A stretch of DNA of 64,000 nucleotides from Deinococcales bacterium (GTDB lineage Bacteria > Deinococcota > Deinococci > Deinococcales > JAAFIG01): assembly GCA_043778225.1 (NCBI GenBank), contig JAYWGM010000094.1, forward strand, positions 1 to 64,000, written 5' to 3'. Below the pieces are notes generated by a model. The model did no database searches. It worked only from the letters and a program-made list of their open reading frames with translations, and was not told the origin of the DNA. This document shows positions 28,064 to 38,328 of this stretch, one piece after another; positions within the stretch are counted from its first letter, which is position 1; each line of letters begins with the position of its first letter. Position numbers and translations under genes: made by a program.

Positions 28064-29200
28064 TTAATCGCCACTCTCGAGCAGTTGCCCACGCAGGTGT
28101 GGTCTTGGGGTGCTGCGTTTTTCGTGTTTGACCAAAAGCGCATGAGCGCCGTGCATCCAGCCCATAACAATCGCACAAGCCACCATACTCGAGCCACCAT
28201 CGGAAACAAACGGTAGAGTCATGCCCGTATTAGGAAAACGCCCAATCGTGACTGCCAAGTTAATCAGGGCTTGGGCGACCAAAAGCAGCATTGCGCCACC
28301 ACACAAAATACTGGCGGCATCGCGTTCGTCAGCATCTATATGAACCGCCTTTGAAAGCCGCCGCATGGTGTCTAAACCAACCCAAAGAATACAGGCAAAA
28401 GCAGCAAAAATCGTGGTGATGCCCAATAACCCAAGGCTGTGTGCCACCGTCGAAGACACAAAATCGTTGGTTTCAGCAAAGAACTTAAATTTATCTTGAG
28501 CTGGTCCACGCCCATATACGCCACCACGTTCAATCACACACCGCGCAAATTCGACTTGGGTTTTATCGGGTTTATAACACAGGTCGTCGGTGCGGAGGGT
28601 GTCGGTAAAACCATCGAGTCTCGAGCCAATATAATTATTTTGCTGCACATAATAGCCAATCAAAGGCGAGGCAATCACGGCGGCAGTTATAGCGATACTC
28701 AGAATTCTGCCAATTGGTGCGTTAGCCAAAAACATCACACCCAAGCCAAGCATAAACGTAAAAATCCCAGCCGAGGTACTTGGCGCAAGTAAAATCAGCA
28801 CACTGGTTGCTCCAAGTGCCAAAGCTGGAACCCAAAGCGCATAGCGTGTACCGCGCCGTGCAAAAAAAGAGGCAAAATAAGCAATTAAAGCCACTTTGGC
28901 AAACTCGGAGGGTTGGAACTGAAAGCCAAAAATTGGAATCCAGCGCCGCACACCGTTGATTTCGCGCCCAAAAAACAAGACCGCCACCAGAGCAATTAAA
29001 CACAAGACCCAAGCGTATTTACCAAGTTGTACCGAAGCTCCAGCCCTAAGCTGCGAAACCGCCAAAGTAACGGCTAAACCCAAGCCAATAAAAATCAGGC
29101 TGCTTGGCACATCGGCAGGTGTGGCGGTTGCCATTGCCAGTGTTCCCAAAGCAAAAAGCACCAACTGAGCAGCCAGCAATAACGGATTAAGTGGTTTCAT
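28064..29200 (-). CDS. ftsW: SEDS family protein FtsW
   Basis: NGVRRWI, FQPSEFAK, NDF and PNTGMTLPFVSDGGSS. Confidence 0.93.
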   Translation of the reverse strand: MKPLNPLLLAAQLVLFALGTLAMATATPADVPSSLIFIGLGLAVTLAVSQLRAGASVQLGKYAWVLCLIALVAVLFFGREINGVRRWIPIFGFQFQPSEFAKVALIAYFASFFARRGTRYALWVPALALGATSVLILLAPSTSAGIFTFMLGLGVMFLANAPIGRILSIAITAAVIASPLIGYYVQQNNYIGSRLDGFTDTLRTDDLCYKPDKTQVEFARCVIERGGVYGRGPAQDKFKFFAETNDFVSSTVAHSLGLLGITTIFAAFACILWVGLDTMRRLSKAVHIDADERDAASILCGGAMLLLVAQALINLAVTIGRFPNTGMTLPFVSDGGSSMVACAIVMGWMHGAHALLVKHEKRSTPRPHLRGQLLESGD

Positions 29201-30546
29201 GATGCTCCTTTTTTGAGTGCTGTCACAGTTGCATCTTTGAGTGCTGTCACAGTTCCATCTTTGAGTGCTTGGACTGCATCCCGAAAAGCCAGTCCTCGAG
29301 CTTTATAATTTTTATACAAATCAAAACTTGTGCCAAGTGGCGCAAGCAGCACACTGCCACCTTTGGCAAGTTCAAAACCGAGTTGAACGGCTTTGGGCAT
29401 GAGTGTTTCGGCAGTTTCGGCGCTCAGGTCTACAATCCGAATTCCAGTGTGCTGCAAGGCTTTGGCATAAACCAGACCCGATTCACCAAAAGCAAGTAGC
29501 ACGGCTACTTTTTTCATCAAAGGCTCGAGTTTCAAAAATTCGGTGCTGTGTTCTTCGGGGGTCAGTTTATCGCGCCCACCCACAATCCATGCAATCGGGG
29601 CTGGGGCATTCTCGAGGGCGCTCTGGACAGCCAGAACCCGTGTGGCGATACTGTCTTCGATAAAGCGAGTATTTTGGAGAATCGCAATGGTTTCAAAACG
29701 CCCAGCCACACCGGGAAACTCCAGCAGGGCTTGGCGCATTTTTTCAAGGTTTGGCAATTTATCATGGCGCTTTAAGTATGCCAGCACCGCCACGACCGCG
29801 ACTCGAGCATTTTGTGGATGAACCGTGTTTGGAATCTCCTCGAGTGTTAATAGTGTTGTACCTTGGGCTAAAACTGCCCCAGATTCGGCAACTCGCGCCA
29901 GTTGCGCCTGTGTCTCGCGCCCAAGGGCTAAGGATTCTGGTAGCACCAAGGTATCGTTGACCCCAAGATTCTTGGCAATCTGCCATTTGGCGGCTTGATA
30001 GGCTGCCAGTGAACCATGATCGCGGATGTGGTCTACGCCAATGTTGGTGATCACCGCCACTTCTGGGCGGTAGGTCTGGATGCGCTCTAACTGGAAACTC
30101 GAGAGTTCGACCACACAGACTTGGGCATCCAGCACATCCAAAAGCGGTGGGTCAAAATTGCCACCGACTTTGGCGTTTAGCCCTTGCGACTCGAGCAAGT
30201 GGGCAATTAAAAGCGTGGTGCTGCCTTTTCCAGCTGTACCTGTAATGCCGATACTTGAGAATGTAGCGGTTCTAAAAGCCAGTTCGACTTCGCCCCAGAC
30301 TGGAATGTTAGCCGCTTTTGCCGCCTGCATACTCGGGTGCAGCATCATCACCCCGGGCGCAGCCACCACAAGTTCAATCCCAGATAAATCAAAAGTCTCG
30401 AGCCGCAAAAACCCCAATGCCAATGCCTCGGATGCGCCAAATGGGTTTGATGATTCATCAAACCAGACTCCAGACCAGCCAAGTTTAGCAAGGTGGCGGA
30501 TTACACTCGAGCCACTGCGCCCTAGCCCAAAAACAAGGGTTTTCAC
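29197..30546 (-). CDS. murD: UDP-N-acetylmuramoyl-L-alanine-D-glutamate ligase
   Basis: GLGRSG, GITGTAGKGST, ELSSFQL, EDSIAT and SFDLY; GTG start overlaps the mraY stop. Confidence 0.95.
   Translation of the reverse strand: MKTLVFGLGRSGSSVIRHLAKLGWSGVWFDESSNPFGASEALALGFLRLETFDLSGIELVVAAPGVMMLHPSMQAAKAANIPVWGEVELAFRTATFSSIGITGTAGKGSTTLLIAHLLESQGLNAKVGGNFDPPLLDVLDAQVCVVELSSFQLERIQTYRPEVAVITNIGVDHIRDHGSLAAYQAAKWQIAKNLGVNDTLVLPESLALGRETQAQLARVAESGAVLAQGTTLLTLEEIPNTVHPQNARVAVVAVLAYLKRHDKLPNLEKMRQALLEFPGVAGRFETIAILQNTRFIEDSIATRVLAVQSALENAPAPIAWIVGGRDKLTPEEHSTEFLKLEPLMKKVAVLLAFGESGLVYAKALQHTGIRIVDLSAETAETLMPKAVQLGFELAKGGSVLLAPLGTSFDLYKNYKARGLAFRDAVQALKDGTVTALKDATVTALKKGAS
29212..29268. repeat. 24-bp tandem repeat (about 2.4 copies) in the murD 3' end
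   Basis: ttgagtgctgtcacagtt(g/c)catct; encodes ALKDGTVT-ALKDATVT-ALK. Confidence 0.9.
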
Positions 30547-31475
30547 ACCTGACCGCCCGTCATGATACTCCAAGCCAGCATCGTGGCAACCGCCGTAATG
30601 GCAAGAAAACGCACTGTAACCTTGGTTTCCGCCCAACCAAGTTTTTCAAAATGATGATGAATTGGAGTCATTAAAAATAGACGTTTATCCACACCGTGAA
30701 AGCGTTCGTTATAGCGCTTAGAAAGAACTTGCAGCACGACACTGACAATTGCCATGACTGGAAAAATCGCAGCGATTGGTAAAACCCAGGTCCAACCTTG
30801 GGTGATGTAAACGCCAGCCACAACACCGCCAAGGGCATGAGACCCTGCATCTCCCATGAAAATTTGGGCTTTTGGGGCATTAAACCATAAGTAGCCAAGC
30901 AGGGCTGCCACGGTCATACCTGCAATTGGCGATAAACCAATTAATGGCACAAGAATAATGGCAACCGTCCCCGCACAAAGTCCGTCTAAGCCATCGGAGA
31001 AGTTAATCGCATTGGCAGTACCGACTGCCACAAAGCAGTAAAAAGCCGCATCCAACCAAAAGTTGCCAAGTAAAGAAATTTGACCCGCCACGACATAAGC
31101 AAAGCCTGCTGCCACAAAAATTTGGGCTGGGAATTTGTAACGCGCTGGTAAATCGCCTCGAGTAGCACGCCCGAGCATTCTCGAGCGGACAATGCTGATG
31201 TCGTCCCATGCACCAACGCAGTACATCCCAAAAGCCAGCCAGACCACCGCCCAACCTTTGATGTCTGACATTCCAGTCAAGCCAACAAAACCCAGCCAGA
31301 CCACAAAAATAACCAATGTGAACGGAATCCCGCCCATTGTTGGTGTGCCGTCCTTGACCAAATGGGTTGCAGGACCATCGCGACGCACGGTTTGTCCCCA
31401 ACCGCGCTGCTTGGCGAAACGCAAAAAAATACCAACCGCAAACCACGATAACAAGGCTGTCAAAACAAATCTCAT
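30543..31475 (-). CDS. mraY: Phospho-N-acetylmuramoyl-pentapeptide transferase
   Basis: GTPTMGG, NAINFSDGLDGL, FMGDAGS and PIHHHFE. Confidence 0.96.
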   Translation of the reverse strand: MRFVLTALLSWFAVGIFLRFAKQRGWGQTVRRDGPATHLVKDGTPTMGGIPFTLVIFVVWLGFVGLTGMSDIKGWAVVWLAFGMYCVGAWDDISIVRSRMLGRATRGDLPARYKFPAQIFVAAGFAYVVAGQISLLGNFWLDAAFYCFVAVGTANAINFSDGLDGLCAGTVAIILVPLIGLSPIAGMTVAALLGYLWFNAPKAQIFMGDAGSHALGGVVAGVYITQGWTWVLPIAAIFPVMAIVSVVLQVLSKRYNERFHGVDKRLFLMTPIHHHFEKLGWAETKVTVRFLAITAVATMLAWSIMTGGQV

Positions 31476-31491
31476 GGTGATACCTCGACCT

Positions 31492-32301
31492 TCATCGTGT
31501 CACCAAACAAGCTCGAGTCATCAGCGACACAAACGACCGCGCATCAAAAAACGCCACACTCGAGCCAACTGCCACTGCCAGTGTATCGCCACCAACTGCA
31601 AGGCTCGAGCCAGTGCTGGATAAGATGATGGTTTTGATTGGCTGCTCGTTGCTGCTGACTTGGACGGTTGATTTGTCTAAAGTGTAGGTGTAGCCCAATG
31701 AGCGCACAGCTTGCCCGCGCACCACCGCATAGGTATTTTGGTCAGCCACCAAGGAAAAATTATTGTTCTCGAGTTGGCGTACTCGAGTAACAGCATTGGA
31801 CAAAACATAGATTTCTTTACCGACCAAAGCAAAAGTGCTGCTTGGTAAGTCCAGCACACTTGAAGGTAAACTCGGCACACGCCCGATTTTTGTGCCATCA
31901 AAACGAAAAACATCACCCTCAAGCGTAAAAATAAAACGGCTTGAAAGAAGGCTCGGTTGTCCAGCCACGCCAAGACTTTGCGGCACACCCTCGGCGCGTT
32001 GCACCAATCCAGCCCGAGGCAGTGCCAACCACCACGCATTGTTGTACCAAGCCACACTCGAGATTCGCAAAGGGGCTTCAAACCAACCATGCCCCGTTTG
32101 TCCACGAATTGCAGCTCGAGAAAAAACCGCCGCCATACTTGAGTTGGCTGCCACACAGACTGCATCGCCGTTGGGATTGACCACCAGACTGGCAATGCTA
32201 TTCAGGCTCGAGCTTTGACTGGCTTGGGTGGCTTGGACTGGAACGCAAGCCGATAAAATTATCAACACCAGCAAAGCTGCTTTGGCATTTTGCCTTGGCA
32301 T
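31492..32301 (-). CDS. Putative lipoprotein (possible beta-propeller) within the dcw cluster
   Basis: Signal peptide with lipobox LSAC; start set at MPRQNAK because the upstream frame is REP-derived. Confidence 0.65.
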   Translation of the reverse strand: MPRQNAKAALLVLIILSACVPVQATQASQSSSLNSIASLVVNPNGDAVCVAANSSMAAVFSRAAIRGQTGHGWFEAPLRISSVAWYNNAWWLALPRAGLVQRAEGVPQSLGVAGQPSLLSSRFIFTLEGDVFRFDGTKIGRVPSLPSSVLDLPSSTFALVGKEIYVLSNAVTRVRQLENNNFSLVADQNTYAVVRGQAVRSLGYTYTLDKSTVQVSSNEQPIKTIILSSTGSSLAVGGDTLAVAVGSSVAFFDARSFVSLMTRACLVTR

Positions 32302-32303
32302 AT

Positions 32304-32481
32304 CAGGGTGATGACCCCTACGGTTTTTTGGTTTGTGTAGGGGCGAACCTTGTGTTCGCCCTGCTTTAGCCTGTGTTCGCCCTGCTTTAGCATTTTGCAA
32401 CAGCCTTGGCGAGTCAGGGTAGACACGGGCGACCCTGCCCGATAGGTGCGTGTTTTGGGTCAAGAAAGGGTCTACCCCTAC
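32304..32481. repeat. Cluster of GTAG-type REP hairpins with a 21-bp duplication and an inserted micro-element
   Basis: gtaggggcgaaccttgtgttcgccct (32337-32362), cagggtagac...gtctacccctac (32415-32481), partial copy at 32304-32321; tgtgttcgccctgctttagc twice. Confidence 0.8.
32429..32465 (-). mobile_element. 37-bp structured micro-element, copy 3 (diverged, in a REP loop)
   Basis: Reverse complement tcttgacccaaaacacgcacctatcgggcagggtcgc. Confidence 0.75.
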
Positions 32482-32515
32482 GGCTGGATAGGCTCTGTTG
32501 TTCTGATTCGGCTTA

Positions 32516-33802
32516 TTAGAGGCGTTCACGCAGCACCTCCACAATTTGCTCTAGCTGCATAAATCTTGAGCCTTTAACAAGGATGGTATCGCCGTTTTGA
32601 ATATCTGGTAAAAAACGCTGCTTGGCTTCGGTGGTGCTGGCATACCAAAGCGCATCTGCGCCGTTCTCGAGGGCGGCTTGAGCTAAGGCATCGCCGTGTT
32701 CACCAATCGCAATCACAAGGTCAGCAAGTTGCCCAGCCGTTGCCCCAACTTCGCTGTGGTAGCGGCGGCTGTCAACACCAAGTTCGCGCATATGCCCTAA
32801 AATTGCCACCTTGCGCCCAGAAAAGCGTGCAAGGGTCTCGAGACTGGCGGTCATCGAAAGCGGATTGGCGTTGTAAGCATCGTCTATTAGCGTAATTTTA
32901 CCACGTTCAATCTTCAGCCGCCCACCGGGGATTTGGCTGTTCTCGAGCCGATTTTTGGCGGTCTCGAGCGCAATTCCATAGTGTTCTGCCAGCGCCAGTG
33001 CCAAGACTGCACTTTCGGCAATCTGCAAACTTGGGGTCTCGAGACGGATTGACTGCCCATGGTAGCTAAAACTGACCGCTTCAGCACTGACTTGGACATT
33101 GATGGCGCGGTGGCTGCACGACTCGAGGAAACCATAACTGTTGGTGTTTGGGTATCGGTGCGCCGTATTTCCAGCCACCAAATTATATGGGGCTTGAAGA
33201 ATTCGACCTTTTTCGTACTGCACCGTTTCGACACTGCCTAAAAATTCGGTGTGCGCCGCGCCAACTGCCGTAATCACGCCAACATTGGGCGCAACCAGTG
33301 CCATCAGGTCGTCCATTTCACCAATTCGGTCTATGCCCATTTCAATCACATGGGTGCTGTCGGCAGTCACCTCGGAGAGCAAATAGCACGCCAAGTAATT
33401 GAGGGTATTGAGGTTGCCGGGCGTACACGAACAATCCAGCGCACTCGAGACCAGACTTTTGGCGGTGGTTTTGCCTGCCGAACCAGTGATGCCGATTATT
33501 TCGGCTTGGGTTGAGTCGCGGTGCAACCTTGCCCAACTTCGTAAGGCAACCGTGGCATCTGGCACACGCACGGCTCGAGGCACATCCTGGTCGGTCAAGA
33601 TAAAAGGCGCACCCGCCTCGAGGGCAGCCTCAATAAAGTCATTGCCATGCCGGGTTGCCCCTTGGAGGGCAGCAAAAGCGGTATTTGGGTCGCACTCCGA
33701 ACTGACAAAACTGATTCGCTGGGCGGGTCGGGCATCGCTCGAGATGGTGGCATGGAGTTGTTGGGCATATTGGTGAGGGTCAATCATTTGCGCCTCGAGC
33801 AT
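32516..33802 (-). CDS. murF: UDP-MurNAc-tripeptide-D-Ala-D-Ala ligase
   Basis: GITGSAGKTT, IEMG, DDAYNANP and VKGSR. Confidence 0.95.
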   Translation of the reverse strand: MLEAQMIDPHQYAQQLHATISSDARPAQRISFVSSECDPNTAFAALQGATRHGNDFIEAALEAGAPFILTDQDVPRAVRVPDATVALRSWARLHRDSTQAEIIGITGSAGKTTAKSLVSSALDCSCTPGNLNTLNYLACYLLSEVTADSTHVIEMGIDRIGEMDDLMALVAPNVGVITAVGAAHTEFLGSVETVQYEKGRILQAPYNLVAGNTAHRYPNTNSYGFLESCSHRAINVQVSAEAVSFSYHGQSIRLETPSLQIAESAVLALALAEHYGIALETAKNRLENSQIPGGRLKIERGKITLIDDAYNANPLSMTASLETLARFSGRKVAILGHMRELGVDSRRYHSEVGATAGQLADLVIAIGEHGDALAQAALENGADALWYASTTEAKQRFLPDIQNGDTILVKGSRFMQLEQIVEVLRERL

Positions 33803-33804
33803 AC

Positions 33805-33858
33805 TTGAGTATCATGTGTAAGTGATTCATCATTGAGTATCATGTGTAAGTCACTCAT
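33805..33858. repeat. 28-bp tandem duplication between the PBP gene and murF
   Basis: ttgagtatcatgtgtaagt(g/c)a(t/c)tcat twice. Confidence 0.85.
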
Positions 33859-33862
33859 GGTT

Positions 33863-35290
33863 TTATTTTTTAACGCACGGCACAGGAGCAATCCCATAAC
33901 GTGCGGCGGTCTCGAGGACAAGTTGACGAAAGACTGGGGCAGCACCCAACGAACCGTGGACATCTTTTTTCGGCGCGTATAACTGCACCGCGATAATCAC
34001 TTTGGGGGCTTGCACTGGAAAAAACCCAGCAAACAAGGCATGGTAACGACTGGCGGATTTTTTGCCGTTGTACCAAGTCTCGGAAGTCCCAGTTTTGCCA
34101 CCGACACAATAATTTGGCACTTGGGCGCGTTTTACGCCTTCATTGACCGTATACTCAAGCATTTCGCGGGTGGTGCGGGCGGCGCTTTCCGAAATCACTT
34201 GGACTGGCTTAGGAATGTCTTGTCCCTCAAATAATTTGGGGGTAATCAGTTGCCCATCGTTGACCAAAACGCTAAAACTGGTGGCAAGTTGCAGGGCAGT
34301 GCTGGTAAAACCTTGCCCAAAGCTGTGGGTTGCAAAGTCTCGAGGTCGCCAAGTCTGCCAGTCGGATAATTCGTTGCGCTCGAGGCTGGGGTCGTTTTTC
34401 CAAGTCTTTTGTCCAAAACCAAATTTGACCAAATAATCATGCAGTTTCTGCGCCCCCAATTGGTCGGCAAACCTCGAGATGCCAACATTGCTCGAGTAGC
34501 GCAGCACTTCTTTGAGTGTCAGGTTTGGTTGGTGTTCAATCGCATCGCGGATGGGTGGCGCGTTGCGGTACGGGCGCTGCATTGGCGCGTAAATCGGCGA
34601 GTCTGGGGTTGCCATACCCTCGTTGACCAACATACTGGCGACCAGCGCTTTAATCGTGCTGCCGGGGTCGAAGGTATCGCGGAAAGCCCGATTTTTCCAG
34701 AGACCTTCGCGTGAAGCTTGCCAATTGCTCGAGTCAAAGCCCGGCGCATTGGCAATGGCTAATGCCCGACCTGTTTTTGCCTCGAGAATCACCACCGTGC
34801 CACCCTCTGAACCAGTTGAAAGCATCGCATTCTCGAGCGTCGCTTCGGCACTGGCTTGCATAATCGGGTCGAGGGTTAAGACCAAATCTTGTCCGCGCTC
34901 GAGTCGGGCATTTTGGAATTTTTCGATGCCATACAAACCAGTATTGTCGTCGCCAACAAACCCCAGTACGCCAGCCGCCAAACGCCCTTGGGGGTAAAAG
35001 CGCTCGAGGTTATCTTTTTTGCCTGTGCTTTCGGCTAAGGTAATAAATCCATCTTCGCCGCGCAGTAAAACCCGCCCACGCCGCACATCCTCGGATATTT
35101 TAGGCACAAATGGCAATCCCAAAGATAAACCCGTAAACTCAAGCCAAAGCACAACCGTAAAAAATGCCAAAACCGCACCAACCAAACCAAAGCGCCAAGG
35201 TTGACTCTGGGCAGGCACGACCTCAATTGGGGTAAAAACCTGCTCGAGCGCAGTTGGAAGGTGTTCAGTTTTGTCTTGGGTCTGAATCAT
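33863..35290 (-). CDS. ftsI: Class B penicillin-binding protein (FtsI-like)
   Basis: STIK (SxxK), SSN and KTGT motifs; dcw position. Confidence 0.9.
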   Translation of the reverse strand: MIQTQDKTEHLPTALEQVFTPIEVVPAQSQPWRFGLVGAVLAFFTVVLWLEFTGLSLGLPFVPKISEDVRRGRVLLRGEDGFITLAESTGKKDNLERFYPQGRLAAGVLGFVGDDNTGLYGIEKFQNARLERGQDLVLTLDPIMQASAEATLENAMLSTGSEGGTVVILEAKTGRALAIANAPGFDSSNWQASREGLWKNRAFRDTFDPGSTIKALVASMLVNEGMATPDSPIYAPMQRPYRNAPPIRDAIEHQPNLTLKEVLRYSSNVGISRFADQLGAQKLHDYLVKFGFGQKTWKNDPSLERNELSDWQTWRPRDFATHSFGQGFTSTALQLATSFSVLVNDGQLITPKLFEGQDIPKPVQVISESAARTTREMLEYTVNEGVKRAQVPNYCVGGKTGTSETWYNGKKSASRYHALFAGFFPVQAPKVIIAVQLYAPKKDVHGSLGAAPVFRQLVLETAARYGIAPVPCVKK

Positions 35291-35617
35291 TTATCTCCAC
35301 TGGGTCTCGAGGGTTATTTTTTGCGGAACTTCTAGAATTGGCTTAGGGGCTTTGAAAGGCTTAAACTCAAGTTGCAAGCTGTCGGCACTTGAAAAAGGAA
35401 TCATGTTGTTGCTAAAAGCCCAGCGCCGCACCCGAGTTGGACTCTCGAGGTTGGCAAGTTGCAATTGTAATTCAGAGCGTTCTGCCATCAGGTCAGCCGT
35501 CTCGAGTTGTAAATCCGATAGGTTTTGCTGGCTGTCTCGGGTGGCAAAACGCACCCCAACCAAGAGCAGCACCAAAGCTGTATAAAACAACATAAAACGC
35601 TGAATGCGCTCGGTCAT
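35291..35617 (-). CDS. ftsL: Cell division protein FtsL-like
   Basis: TM plus leucine coiled coil and LESPTRV; located between rsmH and ftsI. Confidence 0.75.
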   Translation of the reverse strand: MTERIQRFMLFYTALVLLLVGVRFATRDSQQNLSDLQLETADLMAERSELQLQLANLESPTRVRRWAFSNNMIPFSSADSLQLEFKPFKAPKPILEVPQKITLETQWR

Positions 35618-36507
35618 GGTCGAATCACCGTACCGATTCGCAGCTTAGCGCTTCTGGAACGCGAATTCTCGAGCAGTTCAGACTCACTTGCCTCAAGTGG
35701 CTTTTTCGTGGTCGGCTCAAGCTCAGAACGCATAAAGCGCTTAACAATTCGGTCTTCGAGCGAATGAAAACTAATCACCGCTAAACGCCCGCCGTCTTTA
35801 AGAATCGTTTTGGCTGCCACCAAACCAGCTTCTAATGCGCCCAATTCGTCGTTGACATAAATTCGCAAGGCTTGAAAAGTGCGCCGGGCTGGGTGAATCC
35901 CTCGTGCGTGCTGACCGGGGTAAGCGCTTTTAATGATTGTGGCAAGTTGGATGGTGCTGTTTAATTCGGTTTTCTCGCGGGCTGCCACAATCGATCGAGC
36001 AATGCGCCGCGAATGCCGCTCTTCGCCATAATCGTAAATAATTTGTGCCAATTCCTCGTAGTCCATGGTGTTGACCACATCGGCAGCACTCTCGCCCTGT
36101 TGCGACATTCGCATATCCAGTGGCGCATCGGTATGAAAAGAAAAACCACGCATCGAATCATCGAGTTGGAAACTCGAGACCCCCAAATCGAGCAACACAC
36201 CATCCACTTTTTCGGGGATAAGCACGGCTAAATCCCGAAAGTTGCCTTGACGGGTTTCTAAACCAATCAAATTGGCTTCGGCAGCCCGTGCTAAAGCAAA
36301 TGGGTCTTGGTCAACACCAATCACTTGCGCCCCAGCCGCCAGCAACAAGCGCGTATGCCCAGCCCCGCCCAGTGTGCCATCCACAAAGAGCTTTCCAGCT
36401 TTTGGCTCGAGACCAAGCAGCACTTGGTTTGGCAGCACAGGCAAATGAGTCAACTCAGACGAAACGTCTGTTTGCCTTTTAACCCTTTGCCCTTTTACCC
36501 TTGCCAT
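35614..36507 (-). CDS. rsmH: 16S rRNA m4C1402 methyltransferase
   Basis: HLPVL, DGTLGGAGH, DLGVSSFQLD, ISFHSLEDRIVK and SRSAKLR. Confidence 0.97.
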   Translation of the reverse strand: MARVKGQRVKRQTDVSSELTHLPVLPNQVLLGLEPKAGKLFVDGTLGGAGHTRLLLAAGAQVIGVDQDPFALARAAEANLIGLETRQGNFRDLAVLIPEKVDGVLLDLGVSSFQLDDSMRGFSFHTDAPLDMRMSQQGESAADVVNTMDYEELAQIIYDYGEERHSRRIARSIVAAREKTELNSTIQLATIIKSAYPGQHARGIHPARRTFQALRIYVNDELGALEAGLVAAKTILKDGGRLAVISFHSLEDRIVKRFMRSELEPTTKKPLEASESELLENSRSRSAKLRIGTVIRP

Positions 36508-36947
36508 TAGCCCACCAACCTTCGCAGCACTTCGGGCAGGTCATCTTGTTTGGGTGGCTGCATTTGAACTTCAGCAATAATCGTGTTCCATCGGTCTATA
36601 TTCCACAGTTCAAGCCGTTTTGGTGCGCCAGTCACAACCACATCACCCTCGAGCGCCGCATAGCCACGCAGGGTGCTTGGAATAGTAATCCGAAAAGCGT
36701 TATCTAAACGAATTTTCTGAGCGCCACTGTAAAAAAAACGCATAAAATCCCGACCAGCTTTGTCGTTTAAGGGTAAATCCTCGACCGCACTTTCGATGCG
36801 CTGCCACTCGGACAACGGAAAAATATAGACGCAACCCTCAAAGCCTCGAGTCAGCACCATGCCATCCTCGACAAACTTACGAAAGTCCGGTGGCATCACC
36901 ACCCGACCTTTGTCATCAATTGCGTAAGGGTATTCTCCGAAGGGCAT
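36507..36947 (-). CDS. mraZ: Division/cell wall cluster repressor MraZ
   Basis: MPFGEY..IDDKGRV and LELW. Confidence 0.96.
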   Translation of the reverse strand: MPFGEYPYAIDDKGRVVMPPDFRKFVEDGMVLTRGFEGCVYIFPLSEWQRIESAVEDLPLNDKAGRDFMRFFYSGAQKIRLDNAFRITIPSTLRGYAALEGDVVVTGAPKRLELWNIDRWNTIIAEVQMQPPKQDDLPEVLRRLVG

Positions 36948-37059
36948 CTCCCACCCATTCCCACCCTGCTTAGATTCGCTGCTCGAGACCACCTCGAGCA
37001 ATAACACGACCAGCAAAAGGTGAATCGTTCTCGGAAGAGAATATCACGCTTTGCCTAGT

Positions 37060-37120
37060 TTTACCACTCAGCCCCACAAATCCCCATTTAAGAGGCATTT
37101 TTCACATTGTTTTCCCACTT
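37060..37120 (-). promoter_or_regulatory. Probable MraZ-binding (G/A)TGG(G) boxes upstream of mraZ
   Basis: Minus strand aaATGGGgatttGTGGGgctgaGTGGTaa with 10-bp spacing, plus an upstream GTGGG. Confidence 0.65.
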
Positions 37121-37215
37121 GAGCTAAAAACTTAGAATCTGAATCAAGATAACTAAAGCCGTGCTGAACGAATTACTTGATGCGATTATACACCAAACCC
37201 AGTTATTGCCAACTT

Positions 37216-37962
37216 CTAAACTGCTCGAGTCGGCAACGGAACAATCATGCCACTTGCATCTGTGCCAATCCAGACTTCAACGCCATACAATTGACGCAGC
37301 AAGTCCGAATTCAGCACCTCGAGTGGTGTTCCATCTGCCACGACCCGAGCCTCACCGAGCGCAATCACGCGATTTGCTCGGGCTGCATAAGGAATATCAT
37401 GGGCAATAAAAACCACACACGCTCCAGCCTTGGCTCGAGTTTGCAGTGCCTCGAGTAAGCGCATTTGATAACGTGGGTCAAGCCCAGCCAAAGGTTCATC
37501 AAGCAGTAAAATCAGTGTGGCTCGAGCCAGTGTCATGGCTAACCAAGCGCGTTTGGCTTCGCCAGTCGAAAGCTGGGTGATTGGTTTTTCGATCAAATCC
37601 TCGAGTTCCATGGCAGCAACCGCCTCGAGAAAAGCGCTTTGACGAGGTTCTGCCAGCAAAATCAATTCACGCACCGACAACGGGAACGGCACACTCGAGT
37701 ACGCTGGTAAAAACGCCAATTTGGAAGCCACCACACCTTTAGATAAGCCGCGAATATCTGTTCCCTCGAGCAGTATCGAGCCATCCAAATGCTGTAACTC
37801 GCGCAGCCCCGCCAAAGCAGCCAGCAAAGTGCTTTTACCAGCCCCATTAGCGCCAATAATCGCCGCCACTTCGCCAGCTTTGAACTCGAGTTGCACATTT
37901 TGTACAATTACTCGAGCAGCGCGGCGAATCGTGATGTTTTGGGCAGTCAAGGGTAAAGTCAT
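37216..37962 (-). CDS. FecE/BtuD-like ABC transporter ATP-binding protein
   Basis: GANGAGKST, LSTGE and LLLDEP. Confidence 0.92.
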   Translation of the reverse strand: MTLPLTAQNITIRRAARVIVQNVQLEFKAGEVAAIIGANGAGKSTLLAALAGLRELQHLDGSILLEGTDIRGLSKGVVASKLAFLPAYSSVPFPLSVRELILLAEPRQSAFLEAVAAMELEDLIEKPITQLSTGEAKRAWLAMTLARATLILLLDEPLAGLDPRYQMRLLEALQTRAKAGACVVFIAHDIPYAARANRVIALGEARVVADGTPLEVLNSDLLRQLYGVEVWIGTDASGMIVPLPTRAV

Positions 37963-37991
37963 AAATCCTTTAGAATATACCTTGAAAAATT

Positions 37992-38010
37992 GGACATTTT
38001 GTCCTAGAAT
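37992..38010 (+). promoter_or_regulatory. higBA operator and -10 box
   Basis: GGACA-ttt-TGTCC palindrome adjoining TAGAAT, 6 nt before the GTG start. Confidence 0.55.
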
Positions 38011-38016
38011 AAAGCT

Positions 38017-38328
38017 GTGAACGTCATCGCTCCAAAAGCCATTCGGGATTTTGTGCAGCGTTACCCAGAAGCCGATGAAGTGCTGCGCGATTGGTACAAC
38101 ACGCTACGAAAATCCGAGTTTCAAAACTGGGCAGAACTTAAAGCCACCTTCTCAAGCGCTGATGTCATTCCTAACCAACAAAGTGGTTTACTGGTGATTT
38201 TTGACATTGGTGGAAACAAATACCGCGTGGTGGTCAAAATAGATTTACAAAGCAACTTTGCCATGATTCGTCATATTTTTACCCATCTTGAGTACACCAT
38301 TTGGAATAAAAAAGGAAAACCCTCATGA
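38017..38328 (+). CDS. higB: HigB family toxin
   Basis: WAELKATFSSAD, IFDIGGNKYR and FTHLEY. Confidence 0.9.
   Translation: MNVIAPKAIRDFVQRYPEADEVLRDWYNTLRKSEFQNWAELKATFSSADVIPNQQSGLLVIFDIGGNKYRVVVKIDLQSNFAMIRHIFTHLEYTIWNKKGKPS

Noticed and set aside
32302..32544. N-terminal extension of the lipoprotein ORF
   Set aside because: It is translated REP/repeat DNA; the signal peptide begins at 32301.
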